Shown: in pieces, positions 26,967 through 34,892 of the stretch
Position numbering within the stretch: the stretch's first letter is position 1
How the letters are laid out: the number at the start of each line of letters is the position of its first letter
Source of the DNA: Candidatus Nomurabacteria bacterium RIFCSPLOWO2_12_FULL_44_11
GTDB lineage: Bacteria; Patescibacteriota; Minisyncoccia; Phycocordibacterales; UBA9973
NCBI GenBank assembly: GCA_001787125.1
Contig: MFVU01000002.1
Location: forward strand, 1-44,334
DNA: 44,334 nucleotides
Reading direction: 5' to 3'
Notes under the pieces: generated by a model
What the model was told of the DNA's origin: nothing
The model's database searches: none
What the model saw: the letters and a program-made list of their open reading frames with translations, nothing else
Program-made: the position numbers and the translations under genes

Positions 26967-27944
26967 CTAGATACTGAATTTGGAGATGTCATAAAGTTTG
27001 GCGTCGTCGTCTTTAATTTCGTCTTTAGTCCTGTCATCAAGCGACATTTCATCTGGCAATGCCTTTTGTTTCTGCTTTGCGATATGTTTTTCCAACAATT
27101 CCTCCGGATTCTTGTCCCCCATTTCTTTTTTGATTAAATCCAGGATTGTTCGAAGATCATCCGTAGAAAAATAATCAATTTTAATCTGCCCTCCTGATTC
27201 TTTGCGCTCGATATGCACTCGAGTGCCTAACTTTTCCTGAAAGGCCTCTTCTAGTTCCGTGATTTCCGGATCGGGCATAAATTCTTTCTTGCGCACGCGC
27301 TCATATGCGATCTTCCGGGCCAATCTTTCCGCTTCCCGCACCGTAATTTTCTTGTAAACAATTTCCTTAAACAGCACCAGTTGTTCTTCCGGATGGTCGA
27401 CAAGCATAAGTATTGGCCTGGTGTGGCCTTCCGTAATTTTACCTTCCGAGAGACCGGTTAGAATTTCTTCCGGCAAAGTAAGAATTCTCAAAGTATTGGA
27501 AACATATTCCCGACTGCGCCCCATTTTTTTCGCAACTTCGTTGTGGGTAAACTTAAATTCATTCACCAGCCGGAAAAAGGCGCGCGCGCGATCCACCACA
27601 TTTAGGTCCTCTCGTTGCAGGTTTTCAATAATAGCAAGCTCAAGTTTCATCATTGATGTGTCGCCAACACGAATAATTACCGGGACTTGGGCAACGCCGG
27701 CAATTTTGGCAGCACGCAATCGGCGCTCACCGGCTATGAGCTCGTATTCGGTCACCAAGCCACCTTCTTCCTTTTCAACCTCAACTCGGGAAACCGTAAG
27801 GGGCTGAAGCACTCCGTATTGTTTTATAGACACCGCGAGGTCCTGCAATCGTGCTTCGTCGAAATCACGCCTCGGCTGAAGCGGGTTCGGTTTAATTTTA
27901 TCGGTATCAATCCAGAAGATTGAGTTGGAGTACAGGTTTGACAT
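26967..27944 (-). CDS. parB: chromosome-partitioning protein ParB/Spo0J
   Basis: PNPLQPRRDFDE, GVLQPLTV, ELIAGERRLRAAK, and an HTH segment. There is no parA upstream. Confidence 0.9.
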   Translation of the reverse strand: MSNLYSNSIFWIDTDKIKPNPLQPRRDFDEARLQDLAVSIKQYGVLQPLTVSRVEVEKEEGGLVTEYELIAGERRLRAAKIAGVAQVPVIIRVGDTSMMKLELAIIENLQREDLNVVDRARAFFRLVNEFKFTHNEVAKKMGRSREYVSNTLRILTLPEEILTGLSEGKITEGHTRPILMLVDHPEEQLVLFKEIVYKKITVREAERLARKIAYERVRKKEFMPDPEITELEEAFQEKLGTRVHIERKESGGQIKIDYFSTDDLRTILDLIKKEMGDKNPEELLEKHIAKQKQKALPDEMSLDDRTKDEIKDDDAKLYDISKFSI

Positions 27945-27950
27945 GGATTG

Positions 27951-27959
27951 ATTTTAACA
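27951..27959 (-). promoter_or_regulatory. extended -10 (TGtTAAAAT) for parB, 6 nt from the ATG
   Basis: Minus strand reads gTGtTAAAATcaatccATG. Confidence 0.45.
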
Positions 27960-28063
27960 CAAAATTTTAGTAAAGTATGTGGATTGCCCCGATCGTCTGC
28001 TCGCCATGCTCGCATCGACGATTCCCAAAAAGGATTGGGGTAAAAACAAAGCAGTTTGTTTTT

Positions 28064-28148
28064 GCCGGAGTGGCGGAATTGGTAGACGCACACGACTCAA
28101 AATCGTGCGAGGCAACTCATGAGAGTTCGATTCTCTCCTCCGGCACCA
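28064..28148 (+). tRNA. tRNA-Leu (anticodon CAA), type II with long variable arm, CCA encoded
   Basis: Acceptor GCCGGAG/CTCCGGC, anticodon stem CACGA/TCGTG with loop CTCAAAA, 13-nt variable arm, T arm GAGAG-TTCGATT-CTCTC, then A-CCA. Confidence 0.92.
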
Positions 28149-28159
28149 AGAGAATAATT

Positions 28160-29485
28160 GTGAAAAACAAAATATTAGAAAAAAAATCGATAGATTTTGA
28201 GATAGTTGGCGGAAAAAAACTCTCCGGCACTATTCGAACGGGCTACTCAAAGAACGGCTCTGTCGGCCTGTTGTGTGCATCGCTCCTTAATCGAGGCACA
28301 ACAATACTTCATGGCATCGCCAGGATTGAGGAAGTTTATAGAATTATTGAGATCATGGAAAGTTTAGGGGTAAAGGTTTCCTGGGTTGGCAATAATTCAG
28401 TAAAAATCCACCCTCCGAAAGAATTTAATGTCAAGAAACTTAATCGCGAGTCGGCGGAAAAAACACGTTCAATACTTATGTTTATCGGCCCCTTGACGCA
28501 CTATCTCCCATCCTTTTATATTCCACATGCTGAAGGATGCCATTTGGGCAAACGCACTATCGCCGCTCATCGGTATGCCTTGGAAGAGCTCGGAATCAAA
28601 GTTGCCGTAACTGATGATAGATATGAAATTAAATCTAAAAAATTCACTCCAGCAAATATAATAATGTATGAAGCTGGAGACACGCCTATCGAGAATGTGC
28701 TCACTGCTGCAGCTTTAATCCCGGGTAAAACAACCGTGAAGTTCACGAGTTCCAATTATCAAGTTCAAGAAATATGTTTTTTCCTCGAAAAGTGTGGTGT
28801 AAACATTGGGGGAATAGGAACTTCAACACTCATCGTCCACGGGATAAAAAATATAAATAAAAAAATCGAATACTATAATAGCGAAGACCCGATAGAATCC
28901 ATGACTTTCATCGCGGCTGCGATAGCTACTGACTCTACCTTAACGGTAACTCGCTGCCCGATAGATTTTCTTGATTTGGAATTATATAAACTTAAAAAAA
29001 TGGGGCTTCAGTTCAGGGTTTCAAAAGAATATAAAGCAGATAACAAGCGAACCGTTCTAATTGATATTACTATTTTCCCTTCCAAGTTTAAAGCGCTAGA
29101 TGATAAGATCCACGCTAATCCATATCCGGGAATAAATATGGACAATTTGCCATACTTCGTTATCCCTGCAATTAAGGCCAAAGGTCAAACGCTAATTCAC
29201 GATTGGACTTATGAGAATAGAGCAATTTATCTCACCGAGCTCAACCGCATGGGCGCCAATATAACACTGGCCGATCCGCACCGACTGTATATTGAGGGTG
29301 GCACGAAACTTAAATCCGCCCAGGTAGTTTGCCCACCGGCCCTCCGTCCCTCTATGGTTATTCTTATCGCCATGTTGGGAGCAAGCGGTACCTCAATTCT
29401 CCGCAACATCTACATGATAAACCGCGGTTATGAGGATATCGTAAAGCGCCTTAATTCTATTGGCGCTGATATAAAAATTATTTAA
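28160..29485 (+). CDS. murA: UDP-N-acetylglucosamine 1-carboxyvinyltransferase (EPSP-synthase fold)
   Basis: KLSGTIRTGYSKNGSVGLLCASLL and active-site loop HAEGCHLGKRTIAAH (compare MurA GGCxIGxRPxDLH). Start assigned to GTG 28160, 11 nt after tRNA-Leu; the track ORF start at 27977 reads through the tRNA. Confidence 0.8.
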   Translation: MKNKILEKKSIDFEIVGGKKLSGTIRTGYSKNGSVGLLCASLLNRGTTILHGIARIEEVYRIIEIMESLGVKVSWVGNNSVKIHPPKEFNVKKLNRESAEKTRSILMFIGPLTHYLPSFYIPHAEGCHLGKRTIAAHRYALEELGIKVAVTDDRYEIKSKKFTPANIIMYEAGDTPIENVLTAAALIPGKTTVKFTSSNYQVQEICFFLEKCGVNIGGIGTSTLIVHGIKNINKKIEYYNSEDPIESMTFIAAAIATDSTLTVTRCPIDFLDLELYKLKKMGLQFRVSKEYKADNKRTVLIDITIFPSKFKALDDKIHANPYPGINMDNLPYFVIPAIKAKGQTLIHDWTYENRAIYLTELNRMGANITLADPHRLYIEGGTKLKSAQVVCPPALRPSMVILIAMLGASGTSILRNIYMINRGYEDIVKRLNSIGADIKII

Positions 29486-30375
29486 TGAAACCACGAGTAT
29501 TAGTTATCCTAGGGCAAACCGCCACAGGTAAAAGTGACCTAGCGGTTAAGCTTGCAAAAAAAGTAAACGGTGAAATAATTTCCGCTGATTCTAGGCAAGT
29601 GTATAAAGGCCTTAATATTGGAACTGGTAAAATTACAAAAAAAGAGATGCGAGGCATTCCTCACCACTTGCTCGATATTGCAGACCCGAGGAAGCAATTT
29701 AATGCTGCTGAATATAAAAAGCTGGCTGATGAAAAAATCAAAGAAATCTTGTCCCGGGGTAAAGTACCAATTATCTGTGGAGGCACGGGATTTTATATTG
29801 ATGCTATAACCAAAGGTTTTATTTTGCCTGAAGTCCCGCCGAATAAAAAATTGCGTAAAATTCTAGGCAAAAAACATGTATCAGTACTTTTTAAAATTCT
29901 TAAAAAATTAGATAAAAACAGAGCTAAAAATATTGATCCTAAAAATAAAGTACGAATAATAAGAGCGATTGAAATAGCTAGTGCACTAGGCAAGGTCCCA
30001 AAAATTCAAGAAAATAAGTCAGATTATAAATTTATAAAAATTGGTTTGTATTTGCCAGAGAAAAAACTTCGAGAGAAAATAAACGAAAGACTGTTGGGGC
30101 GAATTAAAAAAGGAATGCTTAAAGAAGGCAGAGGCCTTTCGAATGTGCGCATGAAGGAGCTAGGCCTTGAATATAAACATATTTCCCTATACAGGCATAA
30201 GAATATAACAAAGGCAGAACTAATCGAAAAATTAAACACAGAAATTTACCAATATGCTAAACGTCAAATGACATGGTTTAAGCGTGACCAGGAAATACAA
30301 TGGTTTCACCCCAGGGAATACCAAAAAATAGAAAAATATATTAGGGTAAACTTTAATTCGCTCTCCTCCTTCTGA
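29485..30375 (+). CDS. miaA: tRNA dimethylallyltransferase
   Basis: P-loop ILGQTATGKSDLA and ISADSRQVYKGLNIGTGK. TAATG overlap with the murA stop. Confidence 0.92.
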   Translation: MKPRVLVILGQTATGKSDLAVKLAKKVNGEIISADSRQVYKGLNIGTGKITKKEMRGIPHHLLDIADPRKQFNAAEYKKLADEKIKEILSRGKVPIICGGTGFYIDAITKGFILPEVPPNKKLRKILGKKHVSVLFKILKKLDKNRAKNIDPKNKVRIIRAIEIASALGKVPKIQENKSDYKFIKIGLYLPEKKLREKINERLLGRIKKGMLKEGRGLSNVRMKELGLEYKHISLYRHKNITKAELIEKLNTEIYQYAKRQMTWFKRDQEIQWFHPREYQKIEKYIRVNFNSLSSF

Positions 30376-30946
30376 CATACTCAACAAGAAACGGCAAAAG
30401 GGAAACGATAACTACCAGGATTACAATCACCCACAATGATTTCTGTATTTGAGGAAATATCTGGCCTAGGAAATATCCAAGTGAGGTCATTACAAAGGAC
30501 CACAGAAACGAGCCGATAGCGCTGTATTTCATAAAAACTTTATAGTCCACCTTTACGATACCGGCTACGACCGGTACGAATGTTCGCACCACCGGCACGA
30601 AACGGCAAAAAGTAATCGCTACATTTCCGTATTTCAAAAAAAATTCACTTGCTTTGTCAATGTGTTCTTGTTTAAAGAATTTTTGAAAAAAAGTATATTT
30701 GCGTAGTTTTAATAAGTTGCTTCCTACCCAATAGCCCGAGAGCCCCCCTAAAAAGGTCGAGAGCCAAATGAGAGGCAGAAGTATAAAGATATTTAAATAT
30801 TGGGCGGCAGCAAAAATTCCCGCCGTAAAAAGCAAACTATCTCCCGGGAGAGGAAAAAATATTCCTGATTCCAAGAAAACAATTACAAAAATGCCGGTGT
30901 ACCCAAAGGTAGTGAGGAGGTATGGAATGTCGAATAATTGATCCAT
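30353..30946 (-). CDS. DedA-family membrane protein
   Basis: GYTGIFVIVFLESGIFFPLPGDSLLFTAG is the DedA/SNARE-associated signature. Multi-TM protein. Confidence 0.8.
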   Translation of the reverse strand: MDQLFDIPYLLTTFGYTGIFVIVFLESGIFFPLPGDSLLFTAGIFAAAQYLNIFILLPLIWLSTFLGGLSGYWVGSNLLKLRKYTFFQKFFKQEHIDKASEFFLKYGNVAITFCRFVPVVRTFVPVVAGIVKVDYKVFMKYSAIGSFLWSFVMTSLGYFLGQIFPQIQKSLWVIVILVVIVSLLPFLVEYVRRRRAN

Positions 30947-30947
30947 A

Positions 30948-31334
30948 TTATTTGCCGCCTCGATATCGAGCCAGGTATTTTTTGTGTATGCGATGTTCGG
31001 CTTTGCCAGCTATGATTTTTTTCATTGACTGGACATCAACGATGTCTTTAAAAGTTCTCATAAATATGTCAAAATTAAAAAATTCATTTTGGTAATATGG
31101 ATGATGGTCAAAGTCCCCTTGTTCCCAGGTTTTTATATCGGCTAGATTGTGTTGCATTACCGCTTTTTTTGTAAGTTTATCCGACACAATGATAGCCAGA
31201 AGGCAGAGCATCCAGGTATGCTCAGCGGTGCTTTCCTGACGAGAAGAATTAGTCAACCATGAATGTCGAGTCGTAATTTTAAGTTTCTCGGCTTTTTTAT
31301 GAAAATCAATAAAATTTTTAATTAGTTTTTTCAT
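30948..31334 (-). CDS. short HD-superfamily (YfbR/HDDC2-like) domain protein with HD changed to HN
   Basis: KITTRHSWLTNSSRQESTAEHTW resembles the YfbR-type R.GW...ES.AEHS motif. The expected HDxxE reads QHNLADI. Only 128 aa. Confidence 0.5.
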   Translation of the reverse strand: MKKLIKNFIDFHKKAEKLKITTRHSWLTNSSRQESTAEHTWMLCLLAIIVSDKLTKKAVMQHNLADIKTWEQGDFDHHPYYQNEFFNFDIFMRTFKDIVDVQSMKKIIAGKAEHRIHKKYLARYRGGK

Positions 31335-31337
31335 CTG

Positions 31338-31408
31338 CGGGCGATGAGAGAATCGGACTCCCGACCGCGGTTTTGGAGACCGCTGTTATACCACTTAACT
31401 AATCGCCC
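31338..31408 (-). tRNA. tRNA-Trp (anticodon CCA)
   Basis: Acceptor GGGCGAT/ATCGCCC, D arm GTTA/TAAC, anticodon stem GCGGT/ACCGC with loop CTCCAAA, T arm GGGAG-TCCGATT-CTCTC, discriminator G. 3' CCA is not encoded. Confidence 0.85.
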
Positions 31409-31410
31409 AC

Positions 31411-31445
31411 ATTCCGTCCGACGCCTTACGGCGAGCGGACGGAAT
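31411..31445 (-). other. very stable hairpin 2 nt upstream of the tRNA-Trp 5' end
   Basis: attccgtccg (31411-31420) pairs with cggacggaat (31436-31445). The stem is extended by cgcc/ggcg around loop ttac. No flanking U-tract on either strand. Confidence 0.7.
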
Positions 31446-31557
31446 TATAGAGGCGTAAAATTAAAAATTAATGCGCCTCTCATTAAAGGAACATACAGCA
31501 AAACATTTTGCTGTATGTGAATCATACCAAGAAAACAAAAGAAATAAAAGAAATCAG

Positions 31558-31716
31558 CTACTTTTTGGACTCTTTGTGCTTGGTCTTCTTCTTGCACCAC
31601 TTACAATACTTATTGAGCTCGATCTTCTTGGTAACCAGTTTCTTGTTCTTGCTGGACCAGTAATTTATCCGCTTGCAATTGCCACAGGCGAGCTTTATTA
31701 ATCTATCTTGGGACAT
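31558..31716 (-). CDS. rpmG: 50S ribosomal protein L33
   Basis: A 52-aa ORF missing from the track because it is under 60 aa. It reads MSQDRLIKLACGNCKRINYWSSKNKKLVTKKIELNKYCKWCKKKTKHKESKK, with CxxC...CxxC and the typical L33 pattern. Confidence 0.9.
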   Translation of the reverse strand: MSQDRLIKLACGNCKRINYWSSKNKKLVTKKIELNKYCKWCKKKTKHKESKK

Positions 31717-31754
31717 GGTTAGATCTTAGTATAAATAATGGTCAAAAGCAAATA

Positions 31755-34157
31755 TTAGTAACCGCTATTTTTGATGATACCCTCTAAAAATTGAAGCGGG
31801 TGGATGGGCGGATGGAGCGCCAAGGCCTGGTGAAAAATGACCGTAGAGGGTGTGAGCCCCGGGAGAGTGTTGACCTCAATTACGATAATGTTGCCTGTCT
31901 CTACCTGCGCGAACGCATCGATCCTGGCATAGCCGCGTATATGAAGCGTTTCCGCCACGCGCTCGACTGACTTCATTGCTTTTTCTAAATTCTTGACTGA
32001 AATTATTTCTTTCGGCGGCGGAGTGATATTGACGCCGGTACCGCCTTGAAATTTTTCCTCTACAGAAAGTATGGACTGCTCGGCAATAGTAATTGAAGGT
32101 GGCATTGCTCTCATCCTTCTTTCCTTTTCAAACACCCCGACGGTCAGCTCAAGATAACCGCTTTTTCGTGCATACGAAATTTGACCCCGAACCACTCTTA
32201 ACTTGTCAGTTTCGATAAATGATTCGAATACGATATCCATCAGTTTTTCGGGCATATGGATAGTATTGAACTGACGAGTAAAAGTCCCCGCAGGGGCTAC
32301 TAGGATTCCATTTTTGATCAGAGAAATATATTTACTGAGATCTTTTTTATTCCATAAACGCACCACTCCAGCCGAACAGCCGTCGCCGCGGGGCTTGGCA
32401 ATTACGGTTTTAGTTTTTAGCTTGCCTAAAAGCTCCTTCCAATAAGAATCTAGGTTTCTTTCTAAATCACTATTCCTAAGCAATATATGCGGAGCGATAC
32501 TTACTCCGGAAATATGGGCATTTTTAATAGTTTCATTTGTTTCCCATTTATCTATACAAAGCCCAGATGCTCTGCTGTCGGAACCGTTATATTTTACATT
32601 TTTTGAGAACAAAATTTTCTGGATAGTGCCGTCCTCTCCAATACCACCATGAAGCCCCAAAAAAATGAAAGGGAATTTTTTAGCTAAATAGTCCAGGGTC
32701 GCTTTTCTGGGCAGAAAGAATTTAAGAGTTGCATCGCCTCTCTCGAGCGCCAGGCGCAATTTAACTTTCTCCACAAGAAAGTTAAGGCGATCTGAATCGC
32801 TCTCGGCATGCTTCGCGTTTGTGATTATTTCTTCGACAGTGTGATTGAGAATATAGGAATACGGTAGTTCCCATACCTCCTTACCTTTGCCTAAAAGGAA
32901 CGGGAATGGTTTGTAAATTTGAGAACCGCGAAGCTTGAGCCAAGCGTTTGTTCCACTCATGAGCGATGTCTGTTTTTCCGCCGTATCTCCGCCAAAGAGC
33001 ACCGCCAGGGGTTTTCTTTTTGCGGTAAACAACGGATTTGCGACTCGTAAATCAAAACCACGACGTAACAACGCGTTATTTACAATAAATCGAAGCAAAT
33101 CCTGATGTGAAAATCCTATTCTAGATGCCTGTTGAAAAAGGAAACTGTTTTGCTCCATGCCGGAAATAGGGTTAAAATCCGAAAACCAAATATTGCCATC
33201 AGGCATGAGAAAACCGTCAAAGCGAGCAAAATCACGCATACCAAGAATAGAGAAAAGTTGTTCGGATTCAATTTGAATCCGCTCAATTATTTCATTGCTG
33301 AAACGCGGCGGACAGTGATAGGCCACATGCCTTGTTGGCAGATATTTTTTTCGAAAGTCAAAAAACTGATTTTTCTTATAATCTACTTCGATCTCCGTCG
33401 GTAAAATAGCCACCGGCATATTAAACCTATTTTGTAAAATTATTACCGTAAATTCTTTACCCTCGGCAAAGCGCTCCAAAACTATCCGGGTGTCCATTCT
33501 TTTGCTAAATAGGGTCTCAATACTTTGGATAGCGGCTTTAGTGTTTTCCACCGAGAAAACACCGATGCTCGAGCCGCCGGAGGCGGGTTTGATTATGCCT
33601 CTTTTAATTTTTTCTTCTCTCCAGAATTTATTTACTTTACTCACAATAGTCCTTTTTGGGTCAGTTATTTTAAGAACAACGGATTTTGGAGCAAAAAACC
33701 CGAGCGAGCGTATATATTCATTGGCACGAAATTTATCAAAGGCCATTTTGCAGGACTTGGAATCCGAACCGATAAAAGGAACATCCTTTTTCTCCAAAAA
33801 TCGTTGCAGTTCGCCATCCTCGCCAAAAGTCCCATGAATACATGGAAAAACAATTGAAACGTTCTTTAATATTCGAACCAAACCCGATTGGCTAAGCCCA
33901 TGAGCGCTCCGGGCTAATTTAAAGTCAAAATCACTGGGGGTGTTGGAGTAGAGCTGGCCACGGGAGATTTTAAAGGGTTTTTTATGTTCGTCGAAATAAA
34001 TTGGAACAATTTCAACACCTAAACTTCCCAAGTGATCCATCACGCTTCTGGCTGAATTGAGCGAGATGCCGCGCTCGAGCGACGGACCGCCACAAAGTAT
34101 AGCAACTTTAATCTTGCTGTTTTCACTTGTTTTTTGCAAAAATTGTTTTCCCTTCAC
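31755..34157 (-). CDS. tandem (duplicated) D-alanine--D-alanine ligase-family ATP-grasp protein
   Basis: 800 aa. Half 1 has KVAILCGGPSLERGISLNSA, IHGTFGEDGELQ and FNPISGMEQNS. Half 2 has LAVLFGGDTAEKQTSLMSG, LHGGIGEDGTIQ and EVNTLPGLTPSTV. GTG start at 34157. Confidence 0.8.
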   Translation of the reverse strand: MKGKQFLQKTSENSKIKVAILCGGPSLERGISLNSARSVMDHLGSLGVEIVPIYFDEHKKPFKISRGQLYSNTPSDFDFKLARSAHGLSQSGLVRILKNVSIVFPCIHGTFGEDGELQRFLEKKDVPFIGSDSKSCKMAFDKFRANEYIRSLGFFAPKSVVLKITDPKRTIVSKVNKFWREEKIKRGIIKPASGGSSIGVFSVENTKAAIQSIETLFSKRMDTRIVLERFAEGKEFTVIILQNRFNMPVAILPTEIEVDYKKNQFFDFRKKYLPTRHVAYHCPPRFSNEIIERIQIESEQLFSILGMRDFARFDGFLMPDGNIWFSDFNPISGMEQNSFLFQQASRIGFSHQDLLRFIVNNALLRRGFDLRVANPLFTAKRKPLAVLFGGDTAEKQTSLMSGTNAWLKLRGSQIYKPFPFLLGKGKEVWELPYSYILNHTVEEIITNAKHAESDSDRLNFLVEKVKLRLALERGDATLKFFLPRKATLDYLAKKFPFIFLGLHGGIGEDGTIQKILFSKNVKYNGSDSRASGLCIDKWETNETIKNAHISGVSIAPHILLRNSDLERNLDSYWKELLGKLKTKTVIAKPRGDGCSAGVVRLWNKKDLSKYISLIKNGILVAPAGTFTRQFNTIHMPEKLMDIVFESFIETDKLRVVRGQISYARKSGYLELTVGVFEKERRMRAMPPSITIAEQSILSVEEKFQGGTGVNITPPPKEIISVKNLEKAMKSVERVAETLHIRGYARIDAFAQVETGNIIVIEVNTLPGLTPSTVIFHQALALHPPIHPLQFLEGIIKNSGY

Positions 34158-34160
34158 GCC

Positions 34161-34892
34161 TTATAGTATAGCACTTTTTAGATTTTTTGCAAAGCTAGTT
34201 AAGTTTTTACCACTTTTTTGGGTAATTAGAACCATATCCTCTATACGTACTCCTCCCCAGCCCTTGAAATAGAACCCGGGCTCTATGGTCATAACGCACC
34301 CCGCAGGGATTATATCCTTACTTTTGGGCCGAAAATTTGGCCACTCATGAATTACTGTGCCCACGCCGTGGCCTAGACCGTGTTTGAAATTATTTTTGAA
34401 CTTTTTTGCCAAGAAACTTCTTGCGCTGTTGTCTATCACTTTTGCACGGCGTTCTCCCGACATAATCTTCCGCAAGGCAATTTCTTGTGCTTTAAGTACT
34501 GCAAGATAAACTTTTTTCTGCCTGGCAGAAGGTTCACCCCAAAAATATGTGCGAGTCATGTCGGAGCAATAGTGATTTACCGTGCATCCAAAATCAAGCA
34601 TGATTATGTCCCCTTTCTTTAACTTTGTTTTTGTTGGCACGAAGTGGTGAATGTCGGCAGTATTTTTTCCAAAAGCGACAATTGGTTCGAAGGATAGTAT
34701 TGGCGCGCCAAGTTTTATGAATTTATTTTTAATCAGGTTTGCTACCTGTATTTCTGTAATCCCCAACTTTAAAACTTTCAACTTTACAAACTTTAAAACT
34801 TCCTCGCTTATTCTTTGCGCTCGCACAATATTCGCGAGTTCCTTCTTGCTTTTCACCGCCCGAATTTCATGAATTAATTTAGTAAACCTCAT
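34161..34892 (-). CDS. M24-family metallopeptidase (Xaa-Pro/methionine aminopeptidase fold, catalytic domain only)
   Basis: Pita-bread metal ligands in order: MLDFGCTVNHYCSDMTRTY (D, D), HGLGHGVG (H), MTIEPG (E), GVRIEDMV (E). Start set at ATG 34892, overlapping the upstream gene by 14 nt. Confidence 0.8.
   Translation of the reverse strand: MRFTKLIHEIRAVKSKKELANIVRAQRISEEVLKFVKLKVLKLGITEIQVANLIKNKFIKLGAPILSFEPIVAFGKNTADIHHFVPTKTKLKKGDIIMLDFGCTVNHYCSDMTRTYFWGEPSARQKKVYLAVLKAQEIALRKIMSGERRAKVIDNSARSFLAKKFKNNFKHGLGHGVGTVIHEWPNFRPKSKDIIPAGCVMTIEPGFYFKGWGGVRIEDMVLITQKSGKNLTSFAKNLKSAIL
34165..34173 (-). promoter_or_regulatory. extended -10-like TGcTATACT overlapping the M24 stop codon, 7 nt from the ddl-like GTG
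   Basis: Minus strand reads TGCTATACTATAAGGC-GTG. Same motif style as other promoters in this window. Confidence 0.3.

Noticed and set aside
27977-28159. 5' part of the 502-aa plus-strand ORF
   Set aside because: It reads straight through tRNA-Leu (28064-28148). MurA homology begins only after the tRNA, so the start was reassigned to GTG 28160.
31471-31701. 76-aa plus-strand ORF
   Set aside because: It is antisense to a clear 52-aa rpmG (L33) gene and reads as hydrophobic nonsense.
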